NCBI GenBank assembly: GCA_964016885.1
Contig: OZ024743.1
Span: 75,020,001 to 75,084,000, forward strand
Direction: 5' to 3'
Length of the DNA: 64,000 bases
Source of the DNA: Eledone cirrhosa
Lineage: Eukaryota
In this document: piece after piece, positions 1 to 13,439 of the stretch
Layout of the letters: each line of letters begins with the position of its first letter
Position numbering within the stretch: position 1 is the first letter of the stretch
Notes under the pieces: generated by a model
Database searches by the model: none
What the model was told of the DNA's origin: nothing
The model's input: the letters and a program-made list of their open reading frames with translations, nothing else
Program-made: the position numbers and the translations under genes

Positions 1-727
1 ACGGTTGGAATTCGATCCTCAGCAGAGCTCAACACGATAGCTAAAATTTCACTGATTATAATATGATAAAAAAGGAATTTAAAAGCAGGCTAGTTCAACA
101 TCATGCGTGATTATGAAAATAAAACGCACATGCGGAAACAGGGCTGGTGGCGTCAGAATGAGACGAATGTTTGTTTACATGAAACAACAGTCAAAAACAT
201 TCCGAAAAAAACTCTACAATAAGGAGTTCAGCAAAAAGCAATATTATCGCGGTTATTTTAAAACAAAAAGACCGGGATTAGTCACAGATAATTTAAGCAC
301 TCTAGGAAAGAAATCCGAGTATAAATATAAATGAAAAGTATAGAAATTATGGTAGCAAGAAGCGAACAGTATTCCATAATATATAAGTTACTATAGCGTC
401 AAAATGGGAAAATAGTTAACGTAAGATGTGGGAAAAATAATTCAAACTCAATTCAAAAAGAATCAGAATATAGATTCATCCAACAGAATTTAGTGAAATC
501 CAGGGAAAAATCAATAGAGCCTTAACTCATGATAAAATAAAGTTTAAAATACTCATCCTTCAATTTGGAAAAAAATTCAAATGCTCTGTATAGACTTGAA
601 GACTATTTTACGAAAACTTTCAGTGGAGATGGTCACGGTTGGAATTCGATATATATATATATATATATATAGCGGTGCCCGAGCATGGCCTCAGCCGGAT
701 GGCTGGAACAGGTAAAAGAGTAAAAGA

Positions 728-789
<62 letters not shown>

Positions 790-837
790 AAGAAGTGTAA
801 GTCAACAGGGCAAAATTAGCTTCCTTTATTCATATTC

Positions 838-896
838 ACTGCTATATATATTTCAGTGATAGCCATTATTCAACAGCTATGACTTCATCAGGCAGT
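838..896 (-). ncRNA. Type I hammerhead ribozyme
   Basis: actgc CTGATGA agt-c-atagct-loop-ggctat-c-act GAAA tatata TA gcagt; perfect 5-bp stem I, palindromic stem III. Confidence 0.8.
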
Positions 897-1033
897 TAGA
901 ACTTGAACAGAAGAAACAGGAAAACATAATGTTGTAATAGATTTTACCGTGTTAATCCATTGATATGTTCAGATCCTCTACATTAAGTGGGTAGGTACCG
1001 TAGTACTGGCGTGGGGAGAATACTGTCTCTGAA

Positions 1034-1163
1034 TGTGTGTCTGTGTGTGTGTGTGTGTGGTTGTGTGGTTGTGTGGTTGTGTGGTTGTGTGTGTGTGGTT
1101 TTGTGTGGTTGTGTGTGTGTGTGGTTGTGTGGTTGTGTGTGTGTGTGGTTGTGTGGTTGTGGT

Positions 1164-1200
<37 letters not shown>

Positions 1201-1428
1201 TTGCGTGATTGTGTGTGTGTGGTTGTGTGCTTGTATGTGTGGTTGTGTGTGTGTGGTTGTGTGTGTGTGGTTGTGTGGTTGTGTGGTTGTGCGGTTGTGG
1301 TTGTGTGTGTGTGTGTGGTTGTGTGGTTGTGTGTGTGTGTGTTGTTGTGTGTGTGTATGGTTGTGTGGTTGTGTGTGTGTGTGTGTGTGGTTGTGTGTGG
1401 GTGTGGGTGTGTGTATGTGTGGGTGTGG

Positions 1429-1501
<73 letters not shown>

Positions 1502-1520
1502 TGTGTGTGTGTGTGTGTGT
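1034..1520. repeat. (GT)n / GGTTGTGT microsatellite
   Basis: Direct inspection. Confidence 0.95.
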
Positions 1521-1989
1521 ATCTCTATTGTGTCAAGCTATCGGTCAAACGTTCAGACGGGAAGGACAGAAGGAATAAATAAGAGATAAGTACTGGTTGT
1601 GGTATGGTAGGGGAGAGATAGAATTTATCAAAGAAATTCCATTTTAGGAATATATTTTGAAAGGTATGTGTATGTGTATATGTGTATATATGGATATGTA
1701 TATGGATGTGTGCACACATACACGCGCGCACATACGTGTGTGGTAGGGGGAGGGGGGAAATTCAACGAGAGTTAGATGTGATAGTCTTCCGCCATTAAAA
1801 TTTCAACCAACAATTAATTATTTCAAAGAGAATGTCAGAAACTACGTGGGGTCCTCCTTCAATGAATCTATTGGATCCTACCTACTCAATACTAATTTAA
1901 AACTTACAGTCATTTCGTTAACTATCGAGGTTTAGAAATTGAGATAACACACAATACTAATATGTATCATCGACTCGTGGTCGCGATGG

Positions 1990-2815
1990 AAAAGGTGGGG
2001 TAGATATTGGAGGGTGGCGTGGGAGATGTGCTGGTACAACCACCTGGAGCAGCCACTCCACCTCAGGGTCCCGGTTGATAGGATGGAGAAGACATTTCCC
2101 CCCAGAGTATTGTGAGGGAGACACGCTGGTACACCAGTTCCACCTCTGATTCCAGTCGACAGGATGGAGATAACATTGCCCCCAGAAGGTAGCGAGGAAG
2201 ACGTGCTGGTACGTCCACTCAACTTCGTGGTCTGGATGGACAGGATGACGATGACACTGCCCCGGATGATGGCGGGGGAGATGTGCTGGTACAGCCACTT
2301 CACCTCGTGGTCCTGATTGACAGAATGGAGAAGACATTGTTCCCAGAGTATGGCGAGGGAGATGTGTTGGAACAGCCATTCCACCTCATGGTCCCGGTTG
2401 ACAGGATAGAGAAGACATTTCCCCCCCAGAGTATTGTGAGGGATTCCAGTCGACAGGATGGAGATGATATTGCCCCCAGAAGGTAGCGAGGAAGACGTGC
2501 TGGTACTTCCTCTCAACCTCGTGGTCTGGATGGACAGGATGAAGATGACACTACCCCGGATGATGACGGGGGAGATGTGCTGGTACAGCCATTCCATCTT
2601 GGGGTCCTAGTGGACAAGATGGTGAAGATATTGCCCTGGAGGATGGTGATGGCGAGGGAGACGTGCTGGAACAGCCATTCCGTCCCGCGAGTCTCGCACT
2701 TGCGGAGAGCCAACTCCACCCTGATAACAGTGAGTAGGAATGTGGTCCGGAGACCAAAAACACCGGAAGTCTCTAATGCCATAGATTCTTCCACAAACCT
2801 ATCAGAGAGTGACTG
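1990..2815 (-). mobile_element. CRE-like (restriction-like endonuclease) non-LTR retrotransposon 3' fragment with ~80-bp tandem amplification of its terminal motif
   Basis: ALETSGVFG...RGTEWLFQHVSLAI..GNIFTIL resembles the conserved RLE C-terminal tail; WLxQHISxAI..GN..SIL recurs about 8 times. Confidence 0.65.
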
Positions 2816-2830
2816 ATTATGTACATACAT

Positions 2831-2860
<30 letters not shown>

Positions 2861-2861
<1 letters not shown>

Positions 2862-3682
2862 CAAAATTAAAATTAAGGGTTGTTATGTCTGAGAGACATG
2901 CGTCATATCCACCGTAGAATAAGCTCAAAGATTAGATCCGAGCATTAAATATCAACTAAACTAGAAATAGATTGAGATATATATATATATATAAAATAAA
3001 TACATGAAACAATCACAGGGAATAATTTGTAAAGAATGTAGGCACACATAGCTAGGTAGGTAACTAACTAAAGTTTGGCTAGAACTTCAATTATAGATAC
3101 CTTTTAAAATGATTAATCTCCTTTGTATATATTTCTTTAAGTAAGAAATATAGTTCACCTATTAATCCGTAAATCGCAGCAGTTAAATTCTTGGATGTTC
3201 ACCAAAGGAGAAGAAAATAACCATCTGTGTTTACAAAGCAAATGCAAATCTGTGAATGATTCGAACCACGTGTTGCATTTTTTTTTAAATACACTCGTTG
3301 AACAACGTCATCCCAATGGCGTGAATAGGACCATCGACAGCCAGAAATAGCAGCCGATCCTATTCAACTGAATTAGCTCAACAATCAAGGGGCCGTATAT
3401 ATATCCAAAATTAAAATTAAGGGTTGTTATGTCTGAGAGACATGCGCCATATCTACCGTAGAATAAGCTCAAAGATTAGATCCGAGCATTACATATCAAC
3501 TAGAAATAGATTGACATATATATATATATAAAATAAATACATGAAACAATCACAGGGAATAATTTGTAAAGAATGTAGGCACACATAGCTAGGTAGGTAA
3601 CTAATTAAAGTTTGACTAGAACTTCAAATATAGATACCTTTTAAAATGATTAATCTCCTTTGTATATATTTCTTTAAGTAAG

Positions 3683-3690
<8 letters not shown>
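2861..3690 (-). repeat. Partial tandem duplication of a decayed, probably PLE-derived 3' end; relative at 58800-59200
   Basis: 2861-3150 is repeated at 3407-3690. The minus-strand remnant CCDLR...ELYFLLK resembles the CxLC..E...IL motif of the PLE proteins in this window. Confidence 0.45.
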
Positions 3691-3744
<54 letters not shown>

Positions 3745-3847
3745 GTGTGTGTTTCATTCGGGAGAAATCATCTCATCAGGAATGCTATGTATTGAGTACC
3801 TTACTTTACTTACTGTCGTTACCTCTCAATTGAACCTGGGATAAACT

Positions 3848-3904
<57 letters not shown>

Positions 3905-4541
3905 TGGTAGCTAAGAAGCTTCCATAGGCGGTATGCCGGTTGAGCACGCTATGTTCTTGCAGAGCAGAGTGTGATATAATATAAAACGAAAAATCAGTGA
4001 TGCATCAGAACTCAATTTATTGTGTGTTACAATTGTTTCGCCAGCAGACAGCTCGAGACACGATCATTGTGTGGATCTGTGTGATTCTGGATCCGCAGGT
4101 TCGTCGGAAACTTCTAATAACTTCGGATCAAATTTTCTCACTGGGGTGTTAGCGTCAAAAAACATCCTCTTCGCTCGTCCTGCTATTGGCTGTTGTTCTT
4201 CTACGTCATTATAAATGGGTTCTCTTTGAGTGCGTATGTATAGCGGGAGTATATGCGTACGGATGTTGTTATTTATATGATTGGGTGCGTGTGTGTGTGA
4301 GTGTGTGTATATATATATATGTGTGTGTGTGAGTGCGCGCGTGGACGTGTGAACTACCAAACCCAGCAGGGATTCATTGAAGTGTGGCAGGAAAAAGGAC
4401 AGCTGATGGTCAGTTTGACAGTACCTGTTGGTCAAACTTTATGATGACGTAGAAAAACAACAGCCAATAGCAGGACGAGCGAAGAGGTTGTTTTTTGTCG
4501 CTAACACCCCAGTGAGAAAATTTGATCCGAAGTTATTAGAA

Positions 4542-4629
4542 GTGTCCGACGAACCTGCGGATCCAGAATCACACAGATCCACACAATGATCGTGTCTCGA
4601 GCTGTCTGCCGGCGAAACAATTGTAACAC
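4542..4629 (+). ncRNA. Hammerhead-like motif with long stem II and variant core (CCGACGA)
   Basis: gtgt CCGACGA [~60 nt] GAAA caattg TA acac; inverted copy at about 4025-4112. Confidence 0.55.
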
Positions 4630-4669
4630 ACAATACATTGAGTTCAGATGCATCACTGATTTTTCGTTT

Positions 4670-4705
<36 letters not shown>

Positions 4706-4733
4706 GCGAGGGCCTATGCCTCCGTTAATTTAT

Positions 4734-4788
<55 letters not shown>

Positions 4789-5650
4789 TAAAGTTAGTCC
4801 TTCCAACCATCATTGGTATTTCATCGCTTTAAAGACCATATACCTCCGGTTGGTGCGAGCAACGGCTAAAGAAAGTCGTTGGGACACGTAAATAAAGGGA
4901 ACGAGCGAGACTGTGAACAAACAAAGATGGTAATGCAACGAAAAGTGAGGAAGAAAGAGTCAAGTCCCAGATTTCCATGAATATAAGTTCGGTGAAATCG
5001 TGAACGAGAGAGAATAAAGACCATCAAACCTAGTCGAAATGTAAGCAAGGAAGGAATTCCGCACAGGTCAAACGGGAGGGAGAAGGAGTCTAGTACCTGA
5101 ATTCGGTGAACATAAGTTCTGTGAAATCGTAGACAAGAGAGAAAAAAGGAACAACCAGCCTGGTCAAGCGTGCGCGAGAAAAGAATTACGCACTGGTCAA
5201 ACGGGAGGAAGAAGGAGAGGTAGTAGCAGAGAGTGAGTGAGTGAAGGGTGAGGAAGAGGCTAACAGAGAGAGTGACTGTTAGAGAGGGTAAAGGGAGGTG
5301 AAAGATACAGAGAAAGAGGAAGCAGTAAGAACGAAATATATATATATAATATAAAAGAGAAAACACAGGTTAGCATTAAGAGAAGGATTTTATCCAGGTA
5401 TTTACATTGAGTGGCTGTTATTTGCAGTATAGCAATATAAGGTTGCACTTACCAATGAAACGGTCGTAAATACCTGGATAAAATCCTTCTCATAATGCTT
5501 ACTTGTGTTTTTTCTTTTATACTTTATACTCCAAGATTGAACGGAATTCTTACAAACTTGTGGAGTTACCCCTAACCGTACGTTGAAACCGTCCATGAAA
5601 CTGGCTTTCTTAACCACGAACTGGATCACAATAAGCAATTTTCTGCTTCC

Positions 5651-5704
<54 letters not shown>

Positions 5705-5953
5705 ATATTAAATAAATGGAAACTGTATTTATAAAACCATATTTATTTTATTATATATATGTCAAGGGTACCAAAACACTTTGGTACGCTTTGTTCAGAT
5801 AAAATACAAAGTTTGTTTTATAAATAGAAACATACCCAGGAATTATTTAATATCATTGAATATTTAGTCCAGGATCTCTTGAGTGGTCTAAATCAGTTAT
5901 AAACATTTATATTTATATTTGTCGGATTTCCAACAAATTAAATACCCCTTCTA

Positions 5954-6036
<83 letters not shown>

Positions 6037-6238
6037 ATACTTGGGGAGGGTCATATTTGTGTAATATTGCCAGAATTAATGACAGAACACACTCACTGTT
6101 TGGTTGGTTTTCGCTTCTCGCTTCTGTGTCTTTTATATCGGTAATCTAACTTACTCGGTCCTCAATGTTGCCATTGACTGACCGACGGTCAAAAAATAAT
6201 ACAGATACAATATAGACACAAACACATATATATAGTTT

Positions 6239-6280
6239 ATCATAAATCTTTCGTTGCACATCTGCAACATCGTCAGTGGT
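6239..6280 (-). ncRNA. Minimal hammerhead (degenerate stems I and III)
   Basis: acca CTGACGA t gttgca gatg tgcaac GAAA gatt TA tga. Confidence 0.6.
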
Positions 6281-6956
6281 GTTATCGTTTCCTCCTGTTG
6301 TATTATATGTCTACGCCATTTTTATTCAGTCTGTCTATATATTTATTTATTTATTTGCTTGTTTGTTTATTTTATTTCGTCTTCTTTGCGCATGCGTTTG
6401 CGTGTGTGTATAGTGTTTTGTTTGCTGTGTGATGGGTGACTAGTGTGTGTTTATGTGCTTGTTGTTATTGTGTTTGTGTATGTATTTATTTATTTATTTA
6501 TTTTATTTTATTTACTTATTTATACTTCTCTTAGGTCAGTGTTGTTTGTTTGGGTGTTGTTATTCCATTCATTCTTTCTGTTTAGTCTTGGCCTTCTAAT
6601 TTCTATTTCACTGGCCTCTCTGATTTGCCTATCTGCTGGGTCATTTCTATGTTTAGATATTATTCTAATTTCTATGTTGTCTATGTTACCGCCATGTTGT
6701 TGTCTAGCATGTTCGTATAGTACTGACTCGTTTTTTCGTCCTTTTAGTTCCCCCCAGTGTTGGTCTATCCTTTCACCTATGCTACGAGCTGTCTCACCTA
6801 TGTATGTTGTTGTCATGTTTCTGCAAGTACCCTCTGTACATCTTATGCTATAGACTACGTTTCTAGTTTTACAGTTTATCCGGGGGTTTACCATAACATA
6901 TGATACACTTCCTATTGGTACAGTGGGTTTTCTTAAATGGGTAGGTTTTGCTGATC

Positions 6957-6957
<1 letters not shown>
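6239..6957 (-). mobile_element. 3' fragment of a different Penelope-like element (GIY-YIG domain + 3'UTR with HHR)
   Basis: [16 protein letters not shown] / [13 protein letters not shown]...TYIGETARS...QIREASEIEIRRPRLNRKNEW; truncated at (TA)n 6958; degenerate HHR at 6239-6280. Confidence 0.85.
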
Positions 6958-7046
<89 letters not shown>

Positions 7047-7699
7047 ATGTATGTACATATATATATATTATATGTATCTCTCTCTCTCTCGCTCTCTCTC
7101 TTTCTCTCTCGCTCTCTCTTCCTCTCTCTCTCTCTCTCTGTATATATGTGTCTGTGCATCTGCGTGTGTGTGTATGTGTGCAGTAATTCAATTTGCTACT
7201 TATGGTTGTGCATCATACTTTATCAGCCGATGACAATAAAATAGCCTGCTGTTATCCAAGGAAGTTAATAGTGAACATTCTGGCATACATCATTGATTGA
7301 TGGGATTTGCTATTTTGTGGTTTCTAATAAATTAAGAATCCCTGAGGTCATTTTCCTTTCGAATATCTCCAGCTAAACATCTTTTAACAATCTCACTACA
7401 CTTACAATTAACCCACGGAACTTCCCACGTGTTACTGTCTTAAAAGTTTTCCTTTTCCGATAGACTTTACGAGATCGAAGTTAGTAAATTTGGACCTTCT
7501 GCAGCCAAATCAGTTTCTGTTGTTAGGAAATGAATGAGATTATCTTTGCCTTAAACAATTTACATCGACAGAAAATTAGCAGATTCGTTAGAACATCGAA
7601 TAGAATGTGGCGTGGCATTTATTTACGAATCTCTGCTTCATGAGTTCAAATTCTGATGCCGTTACATTTACTCATCAAATGTTCGTGGTTAATAAATAT

Positions 7700-7880
7700 A
7701 ATTGTTTCTATTTTGGGCACAAGGCCAGCAATTATCTCACTGTATTACTGGTACTTTATTTTATCGACCCCGTAAGGATGAAAGGCAAGTTAACCTCGGC
7801 GGGATTTGAACTCAGATCATAAAGGGCCGTAACTTTTTGCTGCAAAGCATGGCGTCCGACCCTCTACCGACACTGCCAAT
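7700..7880 (-). mobile_element. tRNA-derived SINE, family A
   Basis: tRNA-like head (tggcagt.tcggtagag...gagttcaaatccc) plus conserved gcctttcatccttacggggtcgataaaataaagtaccag. Confidence 0.8.
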
Positions 7881-8699
7881 ATAATACGTTAGAAGAATTA
7901 GGCTCACTTCTCTCCCTTTTCTCACGTGTGATTGGCTAAATAACACTGTAAAGTACCGTAGGGGATCCACTCGCGGCATCTCTTTCTCTAGTAATAGAGA
8001 TAGATTCAGTGAGGATCTAACAACCTCTTCTCTCAGAAAACTGTAATGATATTGAAACCGTTCCAAGACGACCTGAGGTAGGTTAGAGAAAATCAGAAAT
8101 TATTATGAAGCCCTATACTGATGTGTTTTATGTCTATGTATACTGGGTGTAGGTACCATATTGGCAGAGTCGTTAGAATGTCGGTCAGAATGCTTTGTGG
8201 TATTCATTCCGGCTCTCTGATCTCTGTTCAAATACATATATAACAATGAATAAAACTTATCTAAATTAAATTATAAACTGTTCTAAGAATCGAAATTTAA
8301 AAAAAACTGTACTGAGAGCCAGTAAAGTTTTACTATTGCATTGTCTCTCTACATAACGACTTACGACTATACGGCACCCATCTTGTTACAATAAAGGTCA
8401 ATGAGTCAGATCAACTGATTAATGTTGACTCAGTTTTGTTTCATCCAACAGGACCAACCAATCATGACTTTCAAATTAAAATGGCGGAATAAAGACCAGA
8501 AATAGAAATACATTATAGCATTAAGTTGTGAATATGTAGAAACTCTAGTTTTTCAGCCGCCATCTTCACATGACCTTACTATTATATTAGAAGTCTTATT
8601 TCTAATATTAGTAATACTATTGATATCATAATGTTGCTGTCGTTGTCATTTTTATTGCTGTTGTTGTTGGTGGTGGTGGTGGTGGCTTTTGTGGTGAGG

Positions 8700-9322
8700 G
8701 TTGTTGTTGTTGTTGGCGGTTGTGATGGGGGTGATGTTAGTGGTAGTTGTGGTGGTGAGTGTGATGGTGGAGGTGTTGTTGTTGTTGGTGGTGGTGGTGG
8801 TTATTGTGATGGTGGAGGTGTTGTTGTTGTTGGTGGTGGTGGTGGTTGTTGTGATGGAGGTGATGTTAGTGGTAGTTGTGGTGGTGAGTGTGATGGTGGA
8901 GGTGTTGTTGTTGTTGGTGGTGGTGGTGGTTGTTGTGATGGAAGTGATGTTAGTGGTAGTTGTGGTGGTGAGTGTGATGGTGGAGGTGTTGTTGTTGTTG
9001 GTGGTGGTGGTGGTTGTTGTGATGGAGGTGATGTTAGTGGTAGTTGTGGTGGTGAGTGTGATGGTGGAGGTGTTGTTGTTGTTGGTGGTGGTGGTGGTTG
9101 TTGTGATGGAGGTGATGTTAGTGGTAGTTGTGGTGGTGAGTGTGATGGTGGAGGTGTTGTTGTTGTTGGTGGTGGTGGTGGTTGTTGTGATGGAGGTGAT
9201 GTTAGTGGTAGTTGTGGTGGTGAGTGTGATGGTGGAGGTGTTGTTGTTGTTGGTGGTGGTGGTGGTTGTTGTGATGGAGGTGATGTTAGTGGTAGTTGTG
9301 GTGGTGAGTGTGATGGTGGAGG

Positions 9323-9355
<33 letters not shown>

Positions 9356-9411
9356 TTGTGATGGAGGTGATGTTAGCGGTAGTTGTGGTGGTGAGTGTGA
9401 TGGTGGAGGTG

Positions 9412-9443
<32 letters not shown>

Positions 9444-11170
9444 GGTTGTGGTTATGGTGGTTGTGGTGGTGGTGGTGGTGGTGGTTGTGGTGGTGGGTGT
9501 AGAGGTGGTTGTGGGTGTAGTGGTGGAGGTGTTGGTGGTGGGTGTAGTGGTGGAGGTGTTGGTGGTGGTGGTGGTGGTGGTGGTGGTGGTGGTTGTGGTG
9601 GTGGGTGTAGAGGTGGTTGTGGGTGTAGTGGTGGAGGTGTTGGTGGTGGGTGTAGTGGTTGGGGTGTTGGTGGTGGTGGTGGTGGTTATGGTGAGTGTGG
9701 TGGTGGGTGTAGCGGTGCCTGTGGGGGTGGGTGTAGTGGTGGAGGTGTTGGTAGTGGTGGTGGTTATGCTGGGTGTGGTGGTGGATGTAGTGGTGGTTGT
9801 GGTGGTGGGTGTAGTGGTGGAGGTGTTGGTAGTGGTGGTGGTTATGGTGGGTGTGGTGGTGGGTGTAGTGGTGGTTGTGGTGGTGGGTGTAGAGGTGGTT
9901 GTGGTGGTGGGTGTAGTGGTGGTTGTGGTGGTGGGTGTAGTGGTGGAGGTGTTGGTGGTGGTGGTGGTTATGGTGGGTGTGGTGGTGGGTGTAGTGGTGG
10001 TTGTGGTGGTGGGTGTAGTGGTGGTTGTGGTGGTGGGTGTAGTGGTGGAGGTGTTGGTGGTGGTGGTGGTTATGGTGGGTGTGGTGGTGGGTGTAGTGGT
10101 GGTTGTGGTGGTGGGTGTAGTGGTGGTTGTGGTGGTGGGTGTAGTGGTGGTTGTGGTGGTGGGTGTAGTGGTGGTTGTGGTGGTGGGTGTAGTGGTGGAG
10201 GTGTTGGTGGTGGTGGTGGTTATGGTGGGTGTGGTGGTGGGTGTAGTGGTGGTTGTGGTGGTGGGTGTAGTGGTGGAAGTGTTGGTAGTGGTGGTGGTTA
10301 TGGTGGGTGTGGTGGTGGGTGTAGTGGTGGTTGTGGTGGTGGGTGTAGTGGTGGAGGTGTTGGTAGTGGTGGTGGTTATGGTGGGTGTGGAGGTGGATGT
10401 AGTGGTGGTTGTGGTGGTGGGTGTAGTGGTGGTTGTGGTGGTGGGTGTAGTGGTGGAAGTGTTGGTAGTGGTGGTGGTTATGGTGGGTGTGGTGGTGGGT
10501 GTAGCGGTGCCTGTGGGGGTGGGGGTAGTGGTGGAGGTGTTGGTAGTGGTGGTGGTTATGCTGGGTGTGGTGGTGGGTGTAGAGGTGGTTGTGGTGGTGG
10601 GTGTAGTGGTGGAGGTGTTGGTGGTGGTGGTGGTTATGGTGGGTGTGGTGGTGGGTGTAGTGGTGGTTGTGGTGGTGGGTGTAGTGGTGGAGGTGTTGGT
10701 GGTGGTGGTGGTTATGGTGGTTGTGGTGGTGGGTGTAGTGGTGGTTGTGGTGGTGGGTGTAGTGGTGGAAGTGTTGGTAGTGGTGGTGGTTATGGTGGGT
10801 GTGGAGGTGGATGTAGTGGTGGTTGTGGTGGTGGGTGTAGTGGTGGAGGTGTTGGTGGTGGTGGTGGTTATGATGGGTGTGGTGGTGGGTATAGTGGTGG
10901 TTGTGGTGGTGGGTGTAATGGTGGAAGTGTTGGTGGTGGTGGTGGTTATGGTGGGTGTGGAGGTGGATGTAGTGGTGGTTGTGGTGGTGGGTGTAATGGT
11001 GGAAGTGTTGGTGGTGGTGGTGGTTATGGTGGGTGTGGAGGTGGACGTAGTTGTGGTGGTGGGTGTAGTGGTGGAGGTGTTGGTGGTGGTGGTGGTGGTG
11101 GATGTAGTGGTGGTTGTGGTGGTGGGTGTAGTGGTGGAGGTGTTGTTGTTGGTGGTGGTTGTTGTGTCGA
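8700..11170. repeat. GGT-based minisatellite (84-bp units, then 24/72-bp-type units) giving Gly/Cys-rich and poly-Val ORFs
   Basis: About 7 copies of an 84-bp unit at 8850-9430, then GGTGGTGGGTGTAGT-type arrays. Confidence 0.85.
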
Positions 11171-11644
11171 GGGTTGTTATGTTGGTGTTGGTGGTGGGAT
11201 TGTGGTTATGGGTGTGTTGTTGGCGATGGAGGTGTTGTTGTCATCATTGTTGTTGTTGTTGCTGTAGTCAAATTATTATGACCAGCAATATTTTCTCCGC
11301 CGGAATAAATTTAATTCGAGACTAAAAATAGACTTAGTTACTGAAATACCAAAATATTTTTGCAATTAATTAAGCTATAAACTAGTCATGGACATAAAAC
11401 AATTGTAGATATATTTTGATAGCCTCCTGGACTTTTAGTCGGAATAATTTCTCATTATTTTTTTGTTCGTTTTATTCCTCCTGAAATTATTCCTATTTCT
11501 GATTCATATTTATATCATGATGCGTCAGCATATTAATTAATGATACTCCAGCTTCCTTGGGTGAGTAAATTCATTCTTAATTGGAGGACCAAGTCGTAAA
11601 GCGTGTCTAATAATATATAAATATATTTTATTATGCTTTGACGT

Positions 11645-11980
11645 ATAGAGTTATGGCCCTTTATGGTCTGAGTTCAAATCGAGGTTCACTTTGCCTTTCA
11701 TCCCTTACGGGGTCGATAAAATAAAGTACAAGTAATATACTGGTTAATTGCTGGCCTTGTGCCCAAAGTAGAAACAATTATTATATTCCTTGCTGGGGAT
11801 TGGCAGTATTGGTAGAGGGTCGGACGCGATGCTTTGCAGCATAGAGTTACGGCCCTTTATGGTCTGAGTTCAAATCGAGGTTCACTTTGCCTTTCATCCC
11901 TTTCGGGGTAGATAAAATAAAGTACCAGTTATATACTGGAATAATTGCTGACCTTATGCCAAAAGTAGAAACAATTATTA
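11645..11980 (+). mobile_element. Two tandem SINE A copies
   Basis: Same consensus, head-to-tail. Confidence 0.8.
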
Positions 11981-12629
11981 TATTCCTTGCGACTGATGAT
12001 AGAGCGACATAAGCTAGATTGTTCTACATCTTCATCTTGCTGTATCTGTTTCGTTTCCATCTTGTGTGGAATGAAATAGAATGGAATGGAATGGATCTCC
12101 GTCTATTTCGACGATGAGTGTTCTAGTTGTTCGATTAAAGGAACAGCCTGTTCATAAAATTAACGTGCAATTGGCTGAGCAATCCATAGACCCGTGCAAC
12201 CTTAATGTAATCATTTTCAATGAGATTTAGCATCATATAGTGACAACGCTGGCCCTTCCAATTAATGGTACAGTTTATCTGACGAGCTTCCAAACAGTTT
12301 CTGTCTACCGAATTTCACTCATAAAGCATGGGTCGAATCTATAGTAAAATACATTTGTCAAAAATGCGATGGGATCTCACGGTTGCGAAGAGAACTCCTT
12401 AATCATTCGGTCTTTCGCTGGCTACTTTCATCCTGTGTAATACTTTGTGAAATATCGATTTGCCTATTAGACACAAGATATCAAATTAGGAGGCGGCGGG
12501 GCGGTAGAGTTGGCTAATCGACTTTAATATTTGTTCGCTACTTCTATTTTATCGACCCCGAAGGAATGAAAGTCGAAGTCTAACTCGGCAGATTTTAAAT
12601 ACTGAATCTAAACTTCCGAAGAGTCTTTT

Positions 12630-13220
12630 GACTAACGTTACTCGATAGAGTGCGTAGTTCGGAGATCAGAGAGTCACTTCGGGTAGAGTTGCTATTTCCC
12701 CGAATTGAGTGATACAGCTCCGATACTATGGGCATGTCTTAGGAAAGAATCACTGGAGTGTCACTCCATGTAGAACCCCTACATTTCTGAATTGAGAGAT
12801 CACAGCTCCGATACTATGGGCATGTGGTTAGAATGTCTTAGGAAAGAATCACTGGAGAGTCACACCAGGTAGAGCCATTACTTCTCTGAATTGAGAGATC
12901 ACTGCTCTGATACTATGGGCATGTTATTAGAATGTCTCAGGAAATAATCGCTGGGTAGATTTTACGGGCAAAACCAACTGGCAGGAGACCCAAGAGTAAA
13001 CCTCGAGCAAAATTGTTGGATAACATCCATGAGTTTGGCTGGTCTCGCTTGGGGATCCAACCGGGTCAGTTGCAGACGGTTTCTTCTGACAAGAAGAAGA
13101 AGAAGAAGAAGAAGAAGAAGAAGAAGAAGAAGAAGAAGAAGAAGAAGAAGAAGAAGAAGAAGAAGAAGAAGAAGAAGAAGAAGAAGAAGAAGAAGAAGAA
13201 GAAGAAGAAGAAGAAGAAGA
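12630..13220 (+). mobile_element. RTE 3'-end fragment with internal tandem duplications and (GAA)n tail
   Basis: RSSEIRESL...IERSQLRYYGHV.RM...KPTGRRP; (GAA)n at 13091-13220. Confidence 0.75.
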
Positions 13221-13439
13221 TCACAATTACCTGGGGTTGTTTCCTAAAATGTTAAGTTATGTTAATATGTTAATGGCGGAAGATATTTACCAAATGTTAA
13301 TTGATAGGAAGAAAACGCAGAATTATTAACATGCTTCATAATTAATAGAAAATTAATTTGGCTGAGCCCATATTTTTAGAGAACGATTGGGTGATACCAA
13401 GTCCTTTTCTATAGACATTATTACCAATACTACCAATAC

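Noticed and set aside
13013-13255. Poly-Lys/Arg ORFs (also 25550-25768)
   Set aside because: (GAA)n tails of RTE fragments.
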